Below are positions 31,054 to 41,577 of a stretch of 64,000 nt of DNA, one piece after another. Each line of letters begins with the position of its first letter. The stretch's first letter is position 1. The notes under the pieces were generated by a model that was not told the origin of the DNA, ran no database searches, and saw nothing but the letters and a program-made list of their open reading frames with translations. This DNA is from an uncultured Chlorobiaceae bacterium (GTDB taxonomy: Bacteria > Bacteroidota > Ignavibacteria > UBA10030 > SZUA-254): contig CAYPFY010000001.1 in assembly GCA_964410105.1 (NCBI GenBank), forward strand, positions 20,718 through 84,717. The letters are read 5' to 3'. A program made the translations under genes and the position numbers.

Positions 31054-31824
31054 ATGATCAAGATCCGGGAAAAACTGCAGCAGTCGGAAGTCTGGAAATC
31101 GATCTTCCGCCACAATTATCAGGACACGAACAGGAATCGGGCCCTTCAAATCGTCGACAACGTGTTCCTTCACCTCCACCCGGTCCGCATTCCGCGCCAT
31201 GCGACGAATATGGGATTTACGTGGGGAATGGGAGGAATCACCTTCCTCCTTTTCATCGTCCTGACGATCACCGGCGTCATACTCATGTTCTACTACCGGC
31301 CCGCCGCCGAGTATGCATACGAAGACATGAAGTATCTCATGAACGACGTCGCGTTCGGACCTCTCATCAGGAATATGCACCGGTGGGCCGCTCACGCCAT
31401 GGTGATTACGGTGATGCTTCACATGTTCAGGGTGTTCCTGACCGGATCCTACAAGCCGCCCCGACAGTTCAACTGGGTCGTCGGCGTGCTTCTCCTCGTG
31501 CTTACTCTCCTTTTGAGCTTCACCGGTTATCTGCTGCCGTGGGACCAGCTTGCGATCTGGGCGGTCACCGTGGGGACGAATATGGCCCGCGCGACCCCGC
31601 TCCTCGGACACCAGGGCCCGTTCGGGCCGGAACTGGGCATGCGCATCGATAACGACGTCCGGTTCGTCCTCCTGGGCGGCACGCAGGTGGGCCCCCCGAC
31701 GCTGCTGAGGTTCTACGTCGGACACTGCATCTTTCTTCCCCTCATCGCCACGATCTTCATGGTCGTCCATTTCTGGAGGATACGTAAAGACGGCGGGATC
31801 TCGGGCCCGGAATCAAAAGAATAG
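31054..31824 (+). CDS. petB: Cytochrome b6-like subunit (N-terminal haem-bearing half of a split cytochrome b)
   Basis: [22 protein letters not shown]...HRWAAHAMV...[23 protein letters not shown]. Conserved His haem ligands on helices B and D. Confidence 0.9.
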   Translation: MIKIREKLQQSEVWKSIFRHNYQDTNRNRALQIVDNVFLHLHPVRIPRHATNMGFTWGMGGITFLLFIVLTITGVILMFYYRPAAEYAYEDMKYLMNDVAFGPLIRNMHRWAAHAMVITVMLHMFRVFLTGSYKPPRQFNWVVGVLLLVLTLLLSFTGYLLPWDQLAIWAVTVGTNMARATPLLGHQGPFGPELGMRIDNDVRFVLLGGTQVGPPTLLRFYVGHCIFLPLIATIFMVVHFWRIRKDGGISGPESKE

Positions 31825-31827
31825 ACC

Positions 31828-32712
31828 ATGCAGCATGTCTGGGAATTAGTTCGGAAGCCGGATAATATCCCGATCGTCGGGCTGCTGGTGCTGGTTATCC
31901 TCTACACCTGGTGGGGGTTCTCCCGCGCCCTTAAGAACGACAGACAGGGATTCCTCGACGAAAGCACGCTGAGCGAGAAGATCCAGGTCTGGCCGAATCT
32001 GGTCCGCGTCGAATTCCTGGCAACGCTCTTCGTGATGGTCGTCCTCGTTTTCTGGTCGTTCCTTATCGACGCGCCGCTCGAGGAGCCCGCAAATCCGACC
32101 CTCACCCCGAATCCCTCCAAGGCCCCCTGGTATTTTCTCGGTCTGCAGGAGATGCTCGTCTACTTCGATCCCTGGATCGCGGGGGTGGTCATGCCGTCCC
32201 TGATCATCGTCGGCCTCATGGTGATTCCCTACATCGATGTCAACGAGAAGGGAAGCGGATACTACACGCTCAAGGAGCGCAAGTTCTCGATCCTCACCTT
32301 CTGCTTCGGATTCCTGATCTTGTGGGTCTCTCTCATCGTGCTCGGAACCTTCTGGCGGGGCCCCGGGTGGTATTTCTTCTTCCCGTGGCAGGAATGGGAT
32401 ACCCACCGCGTGGTCGCCCTCACCAATGTCGACCTGTCCGAATTTTTCGGGATCCACACGCGCCGCGCCGATAACAGCCTCAATCCGTCGGCGGTAGTTT
32501 TCGGCTCCGCGGTGATCCTCTTCTATTACTCCCTGATCGGGCTCTACTGGTTCCGCAAGAAAAACACGGAGATCATGAAAAAACTGGGGTTCGTGAAATA
32601 TAACATCGTCGCCTTCCTCTTCATGACCATGACCGCCCTTCCGATAAAGATGATCCTCCGGATCGGGTTTAACATCAAATACATCCTCGTCACCCCCTGG
32701 TTTAATATCTGA
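31828..32712 (+). CDS. petD: Cytochrome b C-terminal half (subunit IV / PetD-like), extended to 294 aa with extra TM helices
   Basis: PWYFLGLQEMLVYFDPWIAGVVMPSLIIVGLMVIPYID (the PEW-loop region). Confidence 0.8.
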   Translation: MQHVWELVRKPDNIPIVGLLVLVILYTWWGFSRALKNDRQGFLDESTLSEKIQVWPNLVRVEFLATLFVMVVLVFWSFLIDAPLEEPANPTLTPNPSKAPWYFLGLQEMLVYFDPWIAGVVMPSLIIVGLMVIPYIDVNEKGSGYYTLKERKFSILTFCFGFLILWVSLIVLGTFWRGPGWYFFFPWQEWDTHRVVALTNVDLSEFFGIHTRRADNSLNPSAVVFGSAVILFYYSLIGLYWFRKKNTEIMKKLGFVKYNIVAFLFMTMTALPIKMILRIGFNIKYILVTPWFNI

Positions 32713-32715
32713 CCT

Positions 32716-35292
32716 ATGCGACTCCTGTCGTTCTTCGTCACTCGTGCGAAGACCCCCATCGAGACACGCGATTACGGGCGGATCTATCTGGTGCTTTCAG
32801 GCCTGCTTTTCCTTGGCACGATGTGGGCCGTCGTCGACGAGATCTCCACCCGCCGTCCCTGGAAGGAGATGCAGGAGGCCTACTACAATCTCAGCATCCA
32901 GCGCTGGGGAGACAAGCTCAAGGAATCGCAGGCGTCCCTTGACTCCGCGGCTTATGCCGGAGTGCGTAAGGACCTGTCCGATGCGGAAGCCAGGCTGAAT
33001 TCCCCCGAAGCCCTGCAGGCTCAGAAGGAGATCACACAGCTCGAGGAGGATCTCCTCGATGTCAACAGGGACTACACCTTCGCCAAAAGCCGCGGAGATG
33101 AAGCCTACTATTTCTGGAAGAAATCGGTCCACGAGGGGAAAGAAGATGTTGCCTATAAGAAGGAGCTGAAGGAGCTGGAGGGAAAGATGGCGGAGGCCAA
33201 TGCGAAGATCGAGCGCCTCACCTCCCGTCATGACTCCCTCGCCGCGACCATCAACCAGTACAAATCGGCCGTCAAAGCCGCGAGATCCAAGGTCAAGGAG
33301 CTCTACGCGCCGATCGAACTTGCCACCTCCAAGATCGAGAAGGCGAAGACCAGCGCCATCCAGATCAAGCAGGTGATGTTAAACGATTTCGACAAGTCCA
33401 ATTTCGGGATCCCCAAGGCGCGCATCGACCGGTGCCAGACCTGCCATATGGGCTGGAAGGAAGATCTGATGGAGGATGTCCCCCAGCCCTATACAAAACA
33501 TCCTTTCCCTGAGCTTCTCAAAATCCATAACCCGGAAGGCTACGGCTGCACGACCTGCCACCGCGGCCAGGGGCCCGGCCTCACCGCAGGGATGGCCCAC
33601 GGAGATGAGGACAAGTACTGGGAATGGCCCCTCCTCAGGGGCGAGGAAGTATACGCCTCCTGCAATGGATGCCACACGGATCAGACATACCTTAAGTACG
33701 GCGGACGGCTCAACAAGGCGAAGAAAATGCTTGCCGAATCGGGATGCTTCGGATGCCATGAGATCAAGGGTTTTCTTGAGGTGGCGAAGATAGGTCCGGA
33801 GATAAACAACATGGCCGCCAAGACCACTCCGGAATGGCTCTTCCGGTGGATCCGGAATCCGAAAGATTATAATCAGCACACCCGGATGCCGAACTTCAGG
33901 CTGACGAACGACCAGGCTGAAGCGATCGGTGCATACCTCTGGAACATCTCGGCCCAATCTTCCAAGGCGCCCAGTACCGGACAGGGAGGGAACGCAGATC
34001 ACGGCAGGCTCCTTGTGGACAGCATAGGGTGCAAGGGTTGCCATGTGATCGGCGACGACACACGGATGCGGGCGGCCCGGGGAGTGAGTTTCGATATCGC
34101 CCCCGAACTCACGCGCGCCGGGAGCAAACTGGACCCAGACTGGGCCTTCGAATGGATAAAGAACCCGAAAAAATTCAGGCCGACCACGCGTATGCCCAGC
34201 CTCAGGCTCTCGGATCAGGAGGCGCGGGATATCGTCGCCTACCTGATGACGCTGCGCGACGACCGGCGATTCGAGCAGGTCAACCTGTCATTCAATGATG
34301 CGGATAAGATCAAAAGGGGGGATAAGCTGATACGCGAGTATGGGTGCGGAGGCTGCCACACGATCCGGGGCATGGAGAAGGAATCACGGGTGAGCGTCGC
34401 CCTCTCGAACATCGGGCGGAAGCGCGTCGACGAGATTGACTTCGGCGATACGAAGGTGCCCCACACCTGGGATGATTGGATCGTGGGGAAACTCAGGGAC
34501 TCGCGGCAGTATGCGACCGAGAGGATTGTCTCGAAGATGCCCGTGTTCGCCCTTGCCGACAGCGAGATCATCATCCTCAGGACGCTGCTGCGGGGTCTGA
34601 CGAAGGAAGGTCCGGAAGAGCAGTATCACCGGCCGTTCGACAAAAACCTCCAAACGGTGGAGGCCGGGCGCCGGCTGACCCAGTATTATAACTGCATCCA
34701 ATGCCACCTGATCGAGGAACAGGGGGGATACATCAAGGCCACGCTGGAGGATGAAGCGTTTGCGCCTCCCTATCTCTACCCGGAGGGTGACAAGGTTCAG
34801 GAGCCGTGGCTCCATGATTTTCTCAAAGGCCCGGTCTCGATCCGACCATGGCTGACGATCAGGATGCCGACGTTCAGCCTCACGGACGATGAGATCACGA
34901 CGGTGGCAAGGTATTTCCTGGCTCTACACAAGAAGGAAATCGAGCTGAAGGATTATTCTGCCTACCAGCCCGACCCGGCCTATGCGGCCGTGGGGAAGAA
35001 ACTGTTTCAGGATCTGCAATGCCTGAGCTGCCACTACACGGGAAGAATCCCCGAAGGGAAGACCCCTGCCGACTTGGCTCCGAATCTTGCGCTGGCGAAA
35101 GGGAGGCTGAAGCCCGAATGGATCGATGACTGGGTAGCAAACCCGGAATTGATTCAGCCGGGGACGAAGATGCCGCAATTCTTCCCCGATCTGAAAGAGC
35201 CTTCTCCCTACTCGCCGGAGTTCAAGGGAGATGCGCGGGAACAGATCCGCGCTCTTCGTGAATACGTGATGACGATTCAGAAGTCGAAGTAG
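32716..35292 (+). CDS. Membrane-anchored octahaem c-type cytochrome with an N-terminal coiled-coil region of about 200 aa
   Basis: Eight CxxCH motifs (CQTCH, CTTCH, CNGCH, CFGCH, CKGCH, CGGCH, CIQCH, CLSCH). Five are followed by MPxF/L Met-ligand motifs. N-terminal TM helix, then a long heptad-rich segment. Confidence 0.85.
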   Translation: MRLLSFFVTRAKTPIETRDYGRIYLVLSGLLFLGTMWAVVDEISTRRPWKEMQEAYYNLSIQRWGDKLKESQASLDSAAYAGVRKDLSDAEARLNSPEALQAQKEITQLEEDLLDVNRDYTFAKSRGDEAYYFWKKSVHEGKEDVAYKKELKELEGKMAEANAKIERLTSRHDSLAATINQYKSAVKAARSKVKELYAPIELATSKIEKAKTSAIQIKQVMLNDFDKSNFGIPKARIDRCQTCHMGWKEDLMEDVPQPYTKHPFPELLKIHNPEGYGCTTCHRGQGPGLTAGMAHGDEDKYWEWPLLRGEEVYASCNGCHTDQTYLKYGGRLNKAKKMLAESGCFGCHEIKGFLEVAKIGPEINNMAAKTTPEWLFRWIRNPKDYNQHTRMPNFRLTNDQAEAIGAYLWNISAQSSKAPSTGQGGNADHGRLLVDSIGCKGCHVIGDDTRMRAARGVSFDIAPELTRAGSKLDPDWAFEWIKNPKKFRPTTRMPSLRLSDQEARDIVAYLMTLRDDRRFEQVNLSFNDADKIKRGDKLIREYGCGGCHTIRGMEKESRVSVALSNIGRKRVDEIDFGDTKVPHTWDDWIVGKLRDSRQYATERIVSKMPVFALADSEIIILRTLLRGLTKEGPEEQYHRPFDKNLQTVEAGRRLTQYYNCIQCHLIEEQGGYIKATLEDEAFAPPYLYPEGDKVQEPWLHDFLKGPVSIRPWLTIRMPTFSLTDDEITTVARYFLALHKKEIELKDYSAYQPDPAYAAVGKKLFQDLQCLSCHYTGRIPEGKTPADLAPNLALAKGRLKPEWIDDWVANPELIQPGTKMPQFFPDLKEPSPYSPEFKGDAREQIRALREYVMTIQKSK

Positions 35293-35293
35293 T

Positions 35294-36124
35294 CTAGCCC
35301 AGTTCCCGGATAACTCCGCCGAGCAGCTCTCCGAATTTCTGCCTCACCCCGGCAGCCACATCCGTCACTTCAGCGTGTGAAAGCTTTTCGCCGCTGATTC
35401 CTGTCGAAAGGTTTGTTATGCAGGAAATCCCGGCTACACGCATCCCGAGCGACGTTGCGAGGGAAACCTCATTGACGGTCGACATTCCGACGGCGTCGGC
35501 GCCGAGCCTGCGGACCATACGGATCTCGGCGGCAGTCTCATACGAGGGGCCCTTCACGCCGCAATAGACCCCGGACCGAAGGGGAATTCCCTTCGTCCCG
35601 GCCACGTCCCGGATTACCTCTCTCAGCCCGCGGTCGAAAGTCTCTCGGTGCCGCACCCGGGCCGCTTCCACCGGTTTCTCAAATGTGAGGTTGATTTGGT
35701 CGGTTATCATCATCAGATCGCCGGGACTGAATCCCGGGTTAACTCCTCCCGCAGCATTTGTCACTATCAACGTCCGGATTCCGAGACGGGCGAACAGCCG
35801 GATCGGGTAGAGAACCTGCTCCAATTCTCCGGACTCGTAGAAATGGACCCGACCCTGGAGCACGCAGATCCTGGTGCCGCCGATTTTCCCGAATACCATG
35901 CGACCTCTGTGACCCGGTACCGTCGAGACGGGGAAATGGGGGATCTCGGAGGTTTCAATAAACGCGGGGTGGGCAACGCGGGATGCAAAATCTCCCAGCC
36001 CCGAACCGAGGACCAGCCCAAGCTTGGACGCGCTGAAACCCTTAAGAGTTTCGGTCGATTCCCTCACCCATTGATCCCGTTCAGTCGCTCTACCAGTCCT
36101 CTGGTTACTCACGCGTTTTTTCAT
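35294..36124 (-). CDS. Purine nucleoside phosphorylase (PNP/MTAP family 2)
   Basis: GLVLGSGLG ... IRTLIVTNAAGG ... MEVP-type conservation. The start is taken at the internal ATG (MKKRVS). Confidence 0.85.
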   Translation of the reverse strand: MKKRVSNQRTGRATERDQWVRESTETLKGFSASKLGLVLGSGLGDFASRVAHPAFIETSEIPHFPVSTVPGHRGRMVFGKIGGTRICVLQGRVHFYESGELEQVLYPIRLFARLGIRTLIVTNAAGGVNPGFSPGDLMMITDQINLTFEKPVEAARVRHRETFDRGLREVIRDVAGTKGIPLRSGVYCGVKGPSYETAAEIRMVRRLGADAVGMSTVNEVSLATSLGMRVAGISCITNLSTGISGEKLSHAEVTDVAAGVRQKFGELLGGVIRELG

Positions 36125-37004
36125 AAGGAATCCCGTCGGCCGCCGGTGGTACAGCCCTTCCAATGAACCCGGCAAGCACAATCATCGTAAGAACATACGG
36201 GATTAATTGAATAAACTGGATAGCATGGGAGTAGTTCTGCAAGAGTATTGAGAGACTTTCCGCGAAACCAAAGAGGACGCACGCTGCAACCGCTCCCGCC
36301 GGGGTCCACTTCCCGATGATCATTGCGGCGAGAGCGATAAAACCCCTTCCCGCCGACATCCCGTCGGTAAAACTGTGCTGATTCAACGCAAGCCAGGCAC
36401 CGCCGACTCCGCCAAGGGCGCCGCTGATGAGAACCCCGGCATGCCTCATCTTGCTGACGTCAATACCGAGTGTTTCTGCAGCTTCGGGGTTTTCTCCGAC
36501 TGACCGGAGACGGAGGCCGAACACCGTATGGTAGAGGACAACATGCGAGGCGGCGAGGAGGATGGCCGTGGCGATGACGAACGGGTTGTCGAGAAAGGGG
36601 AGGGAGGAGAGGCTTGGCCATTCTTCCAGCCCGGCGATCCTTGATGAATTGCTTGAACTGTTGAAGACTATCTGGCACGAGAACTTGGTTATACCGATTG
36701 CAAATAAATTTATTCCGATACCGCTCACGATCTGGTCGGCCTTCAGTGTGACGGTGATGAGGCTGTGAAGAAGGGCTGTCGCCGAGCCTGCGAGGACCCC
36801 GCAGAATATGCCGATGATGATGCTTCCTGTAAAAAACACACCGAGCGTCGTGGCGAAGGCGGAGATAAGGAGAATCCCCTCGAGGGCGATATTGACCACA
36901 CCGCCCCTTTCGCTGAATGTTGCTCCCAGAGCCGGGAGGGCATAGGGAACTGAGATTCTCAGTGTTTGGGACAGAAAGGCCAGGCTGACAATTGATTCAA
37001 GCAT
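36105..37004 (-). CDS. ABC transporter permease (nucleoside / simple-sugar type)
   Basis: Polytopic protein adjacent to the BMP-family binding protein and the tandem-ATPase protein. Confidence 0.8.
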   Translation of the reverse strand: MLESIVSLAFLSQTLRISVPYALPALGATFSERGGVVNIALEGILLISAFATTLGVFFTGSIIIGIFCGVLAGSATALLHSLITVTLKADQIVSGIGINLFAIGITKFSCQIVFNSSSNSSRIAGLEEWPSLSSLPFLDNPFVIATAILLAASHVVLYHTVFGLRLRSVGENPEAAETLGIDVSKMRHAGVLISGALGGVGGAWLALNQHSFTDGMSAGRGFIALAAMIIGKWTPAGAVAACVLFGFAESLSILLQNYSHAIQFIQLIPYVLTMIVLAGFIGRAVPPAADGIPYEKTRE

Positions 37005-38037
37005 GGACCCTCCGGCGCACCCAGAGGCTGATCAGCCGGGACATCGAAATCATGAGGAGAATGACGATAGCCTGAAGTATGTTGGACAGCTCCTTCGGGA
37101 CCAGGGTGTTTATCGAGAGGCTGCCGAACTCGAGCATCCCGAAAAAAAGTGAGGTAAGGATGATCGCCAGCGAGTTATTCCGGGCAAGGAGCGCGACGGC
37201 GATGCCGATAAAGCCGATTCCATCGGAAAATCCAAGCTCGAAGTAATGCTTGTACCCCATGACGAAATTGCTGCCGACAAGGCCGGCGCATGCTCCCGCA
37301 GCGGCAAAGGCCAGGGTGACGTTTCGCCTGATGTTTATTCTCCCGTATTCGGCCGCCGGCGGGCTCATTCCGATGAGCCGGATCTCGTAACCCCAGCGCG
37401 TGCTTGTGATGACGTAATGGGCTGCGACGCAGCAGATTATGGCGAGAATGAAGCTCAGGTTGACCGGAGAGCCCTGGAAGGGCGTGTATAACGATTCGAG
37501 CCGCATGAGCGTGGCCCCGTGCCCGATTTCGGGAGTGTGAACCGTGGCGGGGACGGCAAAGACGTTTATCGTAAAATAGCTGACGACGCCCGCGGCGATG
37601 AAGTTCATCATGATCGTATTGATCACTTCATGCGAACCGAATCGCGCCTTCAGAACGCCGGGAATGACACCCCACAATGCCCCCCCGGCCGCTCCGGCCA
37701 GTATGCAGAGAGGCGTCAAGATAGGTCCCGGTAACTGATCGAGGGCGGCTCCGGCGATGGCAGTCATGAACGCGCCGATTGTCAACTGACCCTCGGCGCC
37801 GATGTTGAAGAGCCCGGCCCTGAAACAAATCGCTGCGGAAAGCCCTGTGAACATCAGGGGGGTCGCTTTGAACAGGACCTGCCCTATTCCGTAGGTGCTC
37901 CCCAGCGTTCCGGAAAAAAATCTCTCGAAGACTTCGAAGGGATTTCTCCCGACCAGCAGGATGAAAAGCGTGCCGATGAGAAAGGAGACGATCAGGGCGC
38001 CCGCCGTGCCCAGGACGGAGGTCATGATGCGTCTCAT
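36997..38037 (-). CDS. ABC transporter permease
   Basis: Polytopic. 8-nt overlap with the downstream permease and 4-nt overlap with the ATPase. Confidence 0.8.
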   Translation of the reverse strand: MRRIMTSVLGTAGALIVSFLIGTLFILLVGRNPFEVFERFFSGTLGSTYGIGQVLFKATPLMFTGLSAAICFRAGLFNIGAEGQLTIGAFMTAIAGAALDQLPGPILTPLCILAGAAGGALWGVIPGVLKARFGSHEVINTIMMNFIAAGVVSYFTINVFAVPATVHTPEIGHGATLMRLESLYTPFQGSPVNLSFILAIICCVAAHYVITSTRWGYEIRLIGMSPPAAEYGRINIRRNVTLAFAAAGACAGLVGSNFVMGYKHYFELGFSDGIGFIGIAVALLARNNSLAIILTSLFFGMLEFGSLSINTLVPKELSNILQAIVILLMISMSRLISLWVRRRVHA

Positions 38038-39515
38038 GAGGGTTTCCCCTGAACCATGTAACCTCCGAGCTCACGCGGCGTCGTCGATCGTGCATCGGTC
38101 ACGAAGACAATCTCGCCGCCGTACATGACGGCGATGCGGTCCGAAAGACTCAGAAGCTCGTCAAGGTCGGAGGAGACGAGGAGTATGGCCTTGCCCTTGT
38201 CCCGCTCCTCCCTGAGAGCGCCGTGGACGAAGTGCATGGCGCCGATATCGAGCCCCCGTGTCGGCTGGCTCGCCACGATGACCGGCGCGTCTTTCGACAG
38301 TTCGCGGCCGACAACGACTTTCTGCTGGTTTCCCCCCGAGAGATTCCGGGCGCGCTGGCTTATCTCCGGGGGCCGGATGTCGAATCTGCGGATGATCGAG
38401 CGGGCATGGTCGCGGATGGCTCCCGTGCGAAGCCGGAAACGGGCGCTGAAAGTTTCTTCCCGCTGCCGGCCGAGGATGAGGTTTTCATATATCGTCATGT
38501 CGCCGGCGATCCCCCGTCGGGTACGGTCTTCTGGAATGTGCGCGATTTTTTGCCGGGATGCCTCCTCGCCGTTGATGGTGATTTGCCCCGAGGACGGCCT
38601 CCGCAGCCCCGCGATGACCTGCACAAGCTCCGACTGCCCATTCCCTTCAACGGCTGCGATGCCGAGGATTTCGCCCCTCGACACAGTGAGTGAAAGATCG
38701 CGAAGGGCCGTCACTCCACGGTCATTCAGCGCGCTGACGACATAGAGCACGAGGCCCGGACCCTCGGAGGAACGGGGGGATGACTGGGTTCGCGCGGGGA
38801 TATCCATCCCCACCATGAGCTGCGCCAGTTCGGCCTGTGTCGTTGAGTGGGTGGGGACGGATGCAACAACCTTGCCCCCCCGCATGACCGTGACGCTGTC
38901 GCTGATTTCCATGACCTCGGACAGCTTGTGCGAGATGAGGATGATCGTTTTCCCCCGGCGTTTGAGCTCCCGCAGGGTCGCGAAGAGCTCGTCGATCTCC
39001 TGGGGCGTGAGGACGGGAGTGGGCTCGTCGAGGATCAATATCCCCGCATTCCTGTAGAGCAGCTTGAGGATCTCCACCTTCTGCTGCGCGGCCACCGAGA
39101 GCGAATCGATCCGGGCGTCAGGGTCGACCCCGAGATCGGCCGGCAGATTCTCCACGGCCTCCCTCACATGGCGGATGTTCAAAAGGCCAAAGCGTTTACC
39201 CGGTTCTCTCCCCAGGATGACATTCTCGGCGACGGTGAGGGGAGGGATGAGCATGAAGTGCTGATGGACCATCCCGATTCCCAGAGAGATGGCGTCGGAG
39301 GGCTTGCGGATGTCAAGGGTGCGCCCGTTGATTGCGATGACTCCGCTGTCCGGGGTGTGGAAACCGTAGAGGATATGCATGAGGGTGGACTTCCCGGCTC
39401 CATTTTCCCCGATGAGCGCATGGATCTCCCCCTCCTCTACACGCAGATCAACCTGGTCGTTCGCAGTCACCGCGCCAAAGCGCTTGGTGATCTGCTGCAT
39501 CAGGACCGCGAGCAT
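38034..39515 (-). CDS. ABC transporter ATP-binding protein with two fused ATPase domains
   Basis: Two Walker A motifs (GENGAGKST, and a second in the C-terminal half). LSGGNQQK signature. Confidence 0.9.
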   Translation of the reverse strand: MLAVLMQQITKRFGAVTANDQVDLRVEEGEIHALIGENGAGKSTLMHILYGFHTPDSGVIAINGRTLDIRKPSDAISLGIGMVHQHFMLIPPLTVAENVILGREPGKRFGLLNIRHVREAVENLPADLGVDPDARIDSLSVAAQQKVEILKLLYRNAGILILDEPTPVLTPQEIDELFATLRELKRRGKTIILISHKLSEVMEISDSVTVMRGGKVVASVPTHSTTQAELAQLMVGMDIPARTQSSPRSSEGPGLVLYVVSALNDRGVTALRDLSLTVSRGEILGIAAVEGNGQSELVQVIAGLRRPSSGQITINGEEASRQKIAHIPEDRTRRGIAGDMTIYENLILGRQREETFSARFRLRTGAIRDHARSIIRRFDIRPPEISQRARNLSGGNQQKVVVGRELSKDAPVIVASQPTRGLDIGAMHFVHGALREERDKGKAILLVSSDLDELLSLSDRIAVMYGGEIVFVTDARSTTPRELGGYMVQGKPS

Positions 39516-39521
39516 GGCCGG

Positions 39522-40523
39522 CTATTGCGCAGAAACGACGATCTCGCCGCCGATGATCTTCGACCGGATCTCTTCCACCCGGGTATGGATGCTGTCCGGG
39601 ATCAGCGTTTTATTGTTATCGTCATAAACATAGTCGACGCCCTTCGACTTCAGGTCGAAGCGGTCGACTGTGCCTCCCTGAAAATGTCCTTCCTTGACCG
39701 CCCGGATCGTCTCAAAGATTGAGTTATCGACGACCTTGGTCATGCTGGTAAGGATGAAGCCCGGCGCCTCGTGGTACTGATCCGAATCGACGCCGATGAC
39801 AAGCTTCTTTCTCTGGCGAGCGGCCTCCATGACTCCCAGCCCGGTTACCCCCGAGGCGTGATAGATGATGTCCGCCCCCCGGTCGTACTGCCCGAGGGCG
39901 AGCTCTTCCCCCTTGCCCGGATTTTTGAACGCTTCGCCGGTCACTCCGGCGTAACCGATGAGAACCTTGCATCCCGGGTTCACATAGTTTGCCCCCGCCA
40001 GGTATCCCACCTCAAATTTTTTGATGAGGGGTGACTGCATTCCCCCGACAAAGCCGATCGTCCCCGACTTTGTCATCATTGCTGCCAGGGCGCCCACCAG
40101 GAAGGAGCCCTCTTCCTCCTTGAATTCCAGAGCCTCGAGATTCTGAGGGATCTGCTTGTTCGGATTGACCGTATAGTCAACGCAGGCGAATTTTTTCCCC
40201 GGAAATTCCTGTGAGATTTTTGTGATGTCGTCGGTGAAGATGAACCCGATGCCAAAAATGACGGCAAGCTCGCTGCGGCTTGCCAATTGCCGCAGCGCAG
40301 CCTCTCTATCGGCCCCGGGTCCGGGTTCGATATATTCAAAATCCACGCCGAGCTCCTTTTTGGCCCGTTCAAGCCCGCGATATGCCCCATCATTGAACGA
40401 TTTATCTCCCCGCCCGCCAACGTCGAAAACCAGCCCGACCCGGAGGCCTGCCGGGGCGTCCGCTTTTTTTGTGCACCCGCTCCAAACAGTCAGGGCGAGC
40501 AGGAGAGGAATCAGTTTGCTCAT
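39522..40523 (-). CDS. BMP-family (PnrA/Med-like) ABC substrate-binding lipoprotein, probably nucleoside-binding
   Basis: Lipobox LALTVWSGC. GLVFDVGGRGDKSFNDGAYRGLERAKKELG. The start is taken at MSKLIPL. Confidence 0.85.
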   Translation of the reverse strand: MSKLIPLLLALTVWSGCTKKADAPAGLRVGLVFDVGGRGDKSFNDGAYRGLERAKKELGVDFEYIEPGPGADREAALRQLASRSELAVIFGIGFIFTDDITKISQEFPGKKFACVDYTVNPNKQIPQNLEALEFKEEEGSFLVGALAAMMTKSGTIGFVGGMQSPLIKKFEVGYLAGANYVNPGCKVLIGYAGVTGEAFKNPGKGEELALGQYDRGADIIYHASGVTGLGVMEAARQRKKLVIGVDSDQYHEAPGFILTSMTKVVDNSIFETIRAVKEGHFQGGTVDRFDLKSKGVDYVYDDNNKTLIPDSIHTRVEEIRSKIIGGEIVVSAQ

Positions 40524-40524
40524 G

Positions 40525-41100
40525 TCAGTCCGTCGGGGGGTTGAAACATTTGCGGCATCGGGCCTCGTAGATGTTTTGTGCTCCCACCACAACCAGTTCG
40601 TGCTGGCCCGTGATCCGTTGAGTCCTGTCGGCCGGATTGCCACAGACCATGCAGATCGCAAGAGTTTTTGTGATGTACTCCGCCACTGAAAGAAGCTGGG
40701 GGATCGGTTGAAAGGGTTTACCCCTGTAATCCTGGTCGAGCCCCGCGACGATGACCCTCTTGCCGCGGTTGGCGAGATGCTCGCATATATCGACGAGGTC
40801 GGGCGTGAAAAACTGACCCTCATCGATACCTATTACCTGAGCGTCTTCGGATAACTCAAGGATTTCCTGAGGCTTGTCGACGACGATGGACGAAAGAGCC
40901 TGTTCGCTGTGGGAGACGATCTGGTGTGAGCTGTACCGGTTATCGATGCGGGGCTTGAATATGGTCACCTTTTGCCTGGCGATCTGCGCCCGGCGGAGCC
41001 GGCGAATGAGTTCCTCGGTCTTGCCGCTGAACATGCATCCACAAATTACTTCAATCCACCCGGTATCGCGTACAGTATTATGTAGGGTTACAACATCCAT
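40525..41100 (-). CDS. tdk: Thymidine kinase
   Basis: [15 protein letters not shown]-loop. C-terminal zinc ribbon CxxC...CxxC. Confidence 0.9.
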   Translation of the reverse strand: MDVVTLHNTVRDTGWIEVICGCMFSGKTEELIRRLRRAQIARQKVTIFKPRIDNRYSSHQIVSHSEQALSSIVVDKPQEILELSEDAQVIGIDEGQFFTPDLVDICEHLANRGKRVIVAGLDQDYRGKPFQPIPQLLSVAEYITKTLAICMVCGNPADRTQRITGQHELVVVGAQNIYEARCRKCFNPPTD

Positions 41101-41492
41101 CTGAGAAGATCTCCACTGAAGGGGAGGGGGAGAAGATCGTTCATTTTCATTTTCTTTGTCCTGCCGTTTACGTCAGCAAGAATCACATCGATGTTGCCGG
41201 CAAGGTCCATGATCACCTGGCGGCAGGCCCCGCACGGGGGAATGAAGGTCGGCATGTCGGAGGTGATAGCGATGGCCCTGAAATGCCGGAAACCGCCGGA
41301 TACAGCCTTGAAAAGGGCAGTGCGCTCTGCGCATATCGTGAGGCTGAATGAGCTGTTTTCGATGTTCGTGCCGGTGATAATCTTACCTGACGCGGTAAGG
41401 AGCGCGGCTCCCACACGGAATTGAGAGAAGGGTGAATGGGAATACCGCTTGGCTTTCTGTGCGGCTGCGACGAGTCTTTTCAATTTTTGCAA
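41088..41492 (-). CDS. cdd: Cytidine deaminase
   Basis: [11 protein letters not shown] ... PCGACRQVI zinc-binding motifs. Confidence 0.9.
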   Translation of the reverse strand: MQKLKRLVAAAQKAKRYSHSPFSQFRVGAALLTASGKIITGTNIENSSFSLTICAERTALFKAVSGGFRHFRAIAITSDMPTFIPPCGACRQVIMDLAGNIDVILADVNGRTKKMKMNDLLPLPFSGDLLRWML

Positions 41493-41577
41493 AATGTCGG
41501 CGGCAAAAAAATGAATATAGAAAACGCCTGCCTGAGAATCAAACCGGTTTTGGGGGAATTCGCTCCGGCCAGAATGT

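Noticed and set aside
38125-39722. Plus-strand ORFs of 156-291 aa antisense to the ABC ATPase gene
   Set aside because: Same reason. The minus-strand gene has two unambiguous Walker A / signature motifs.
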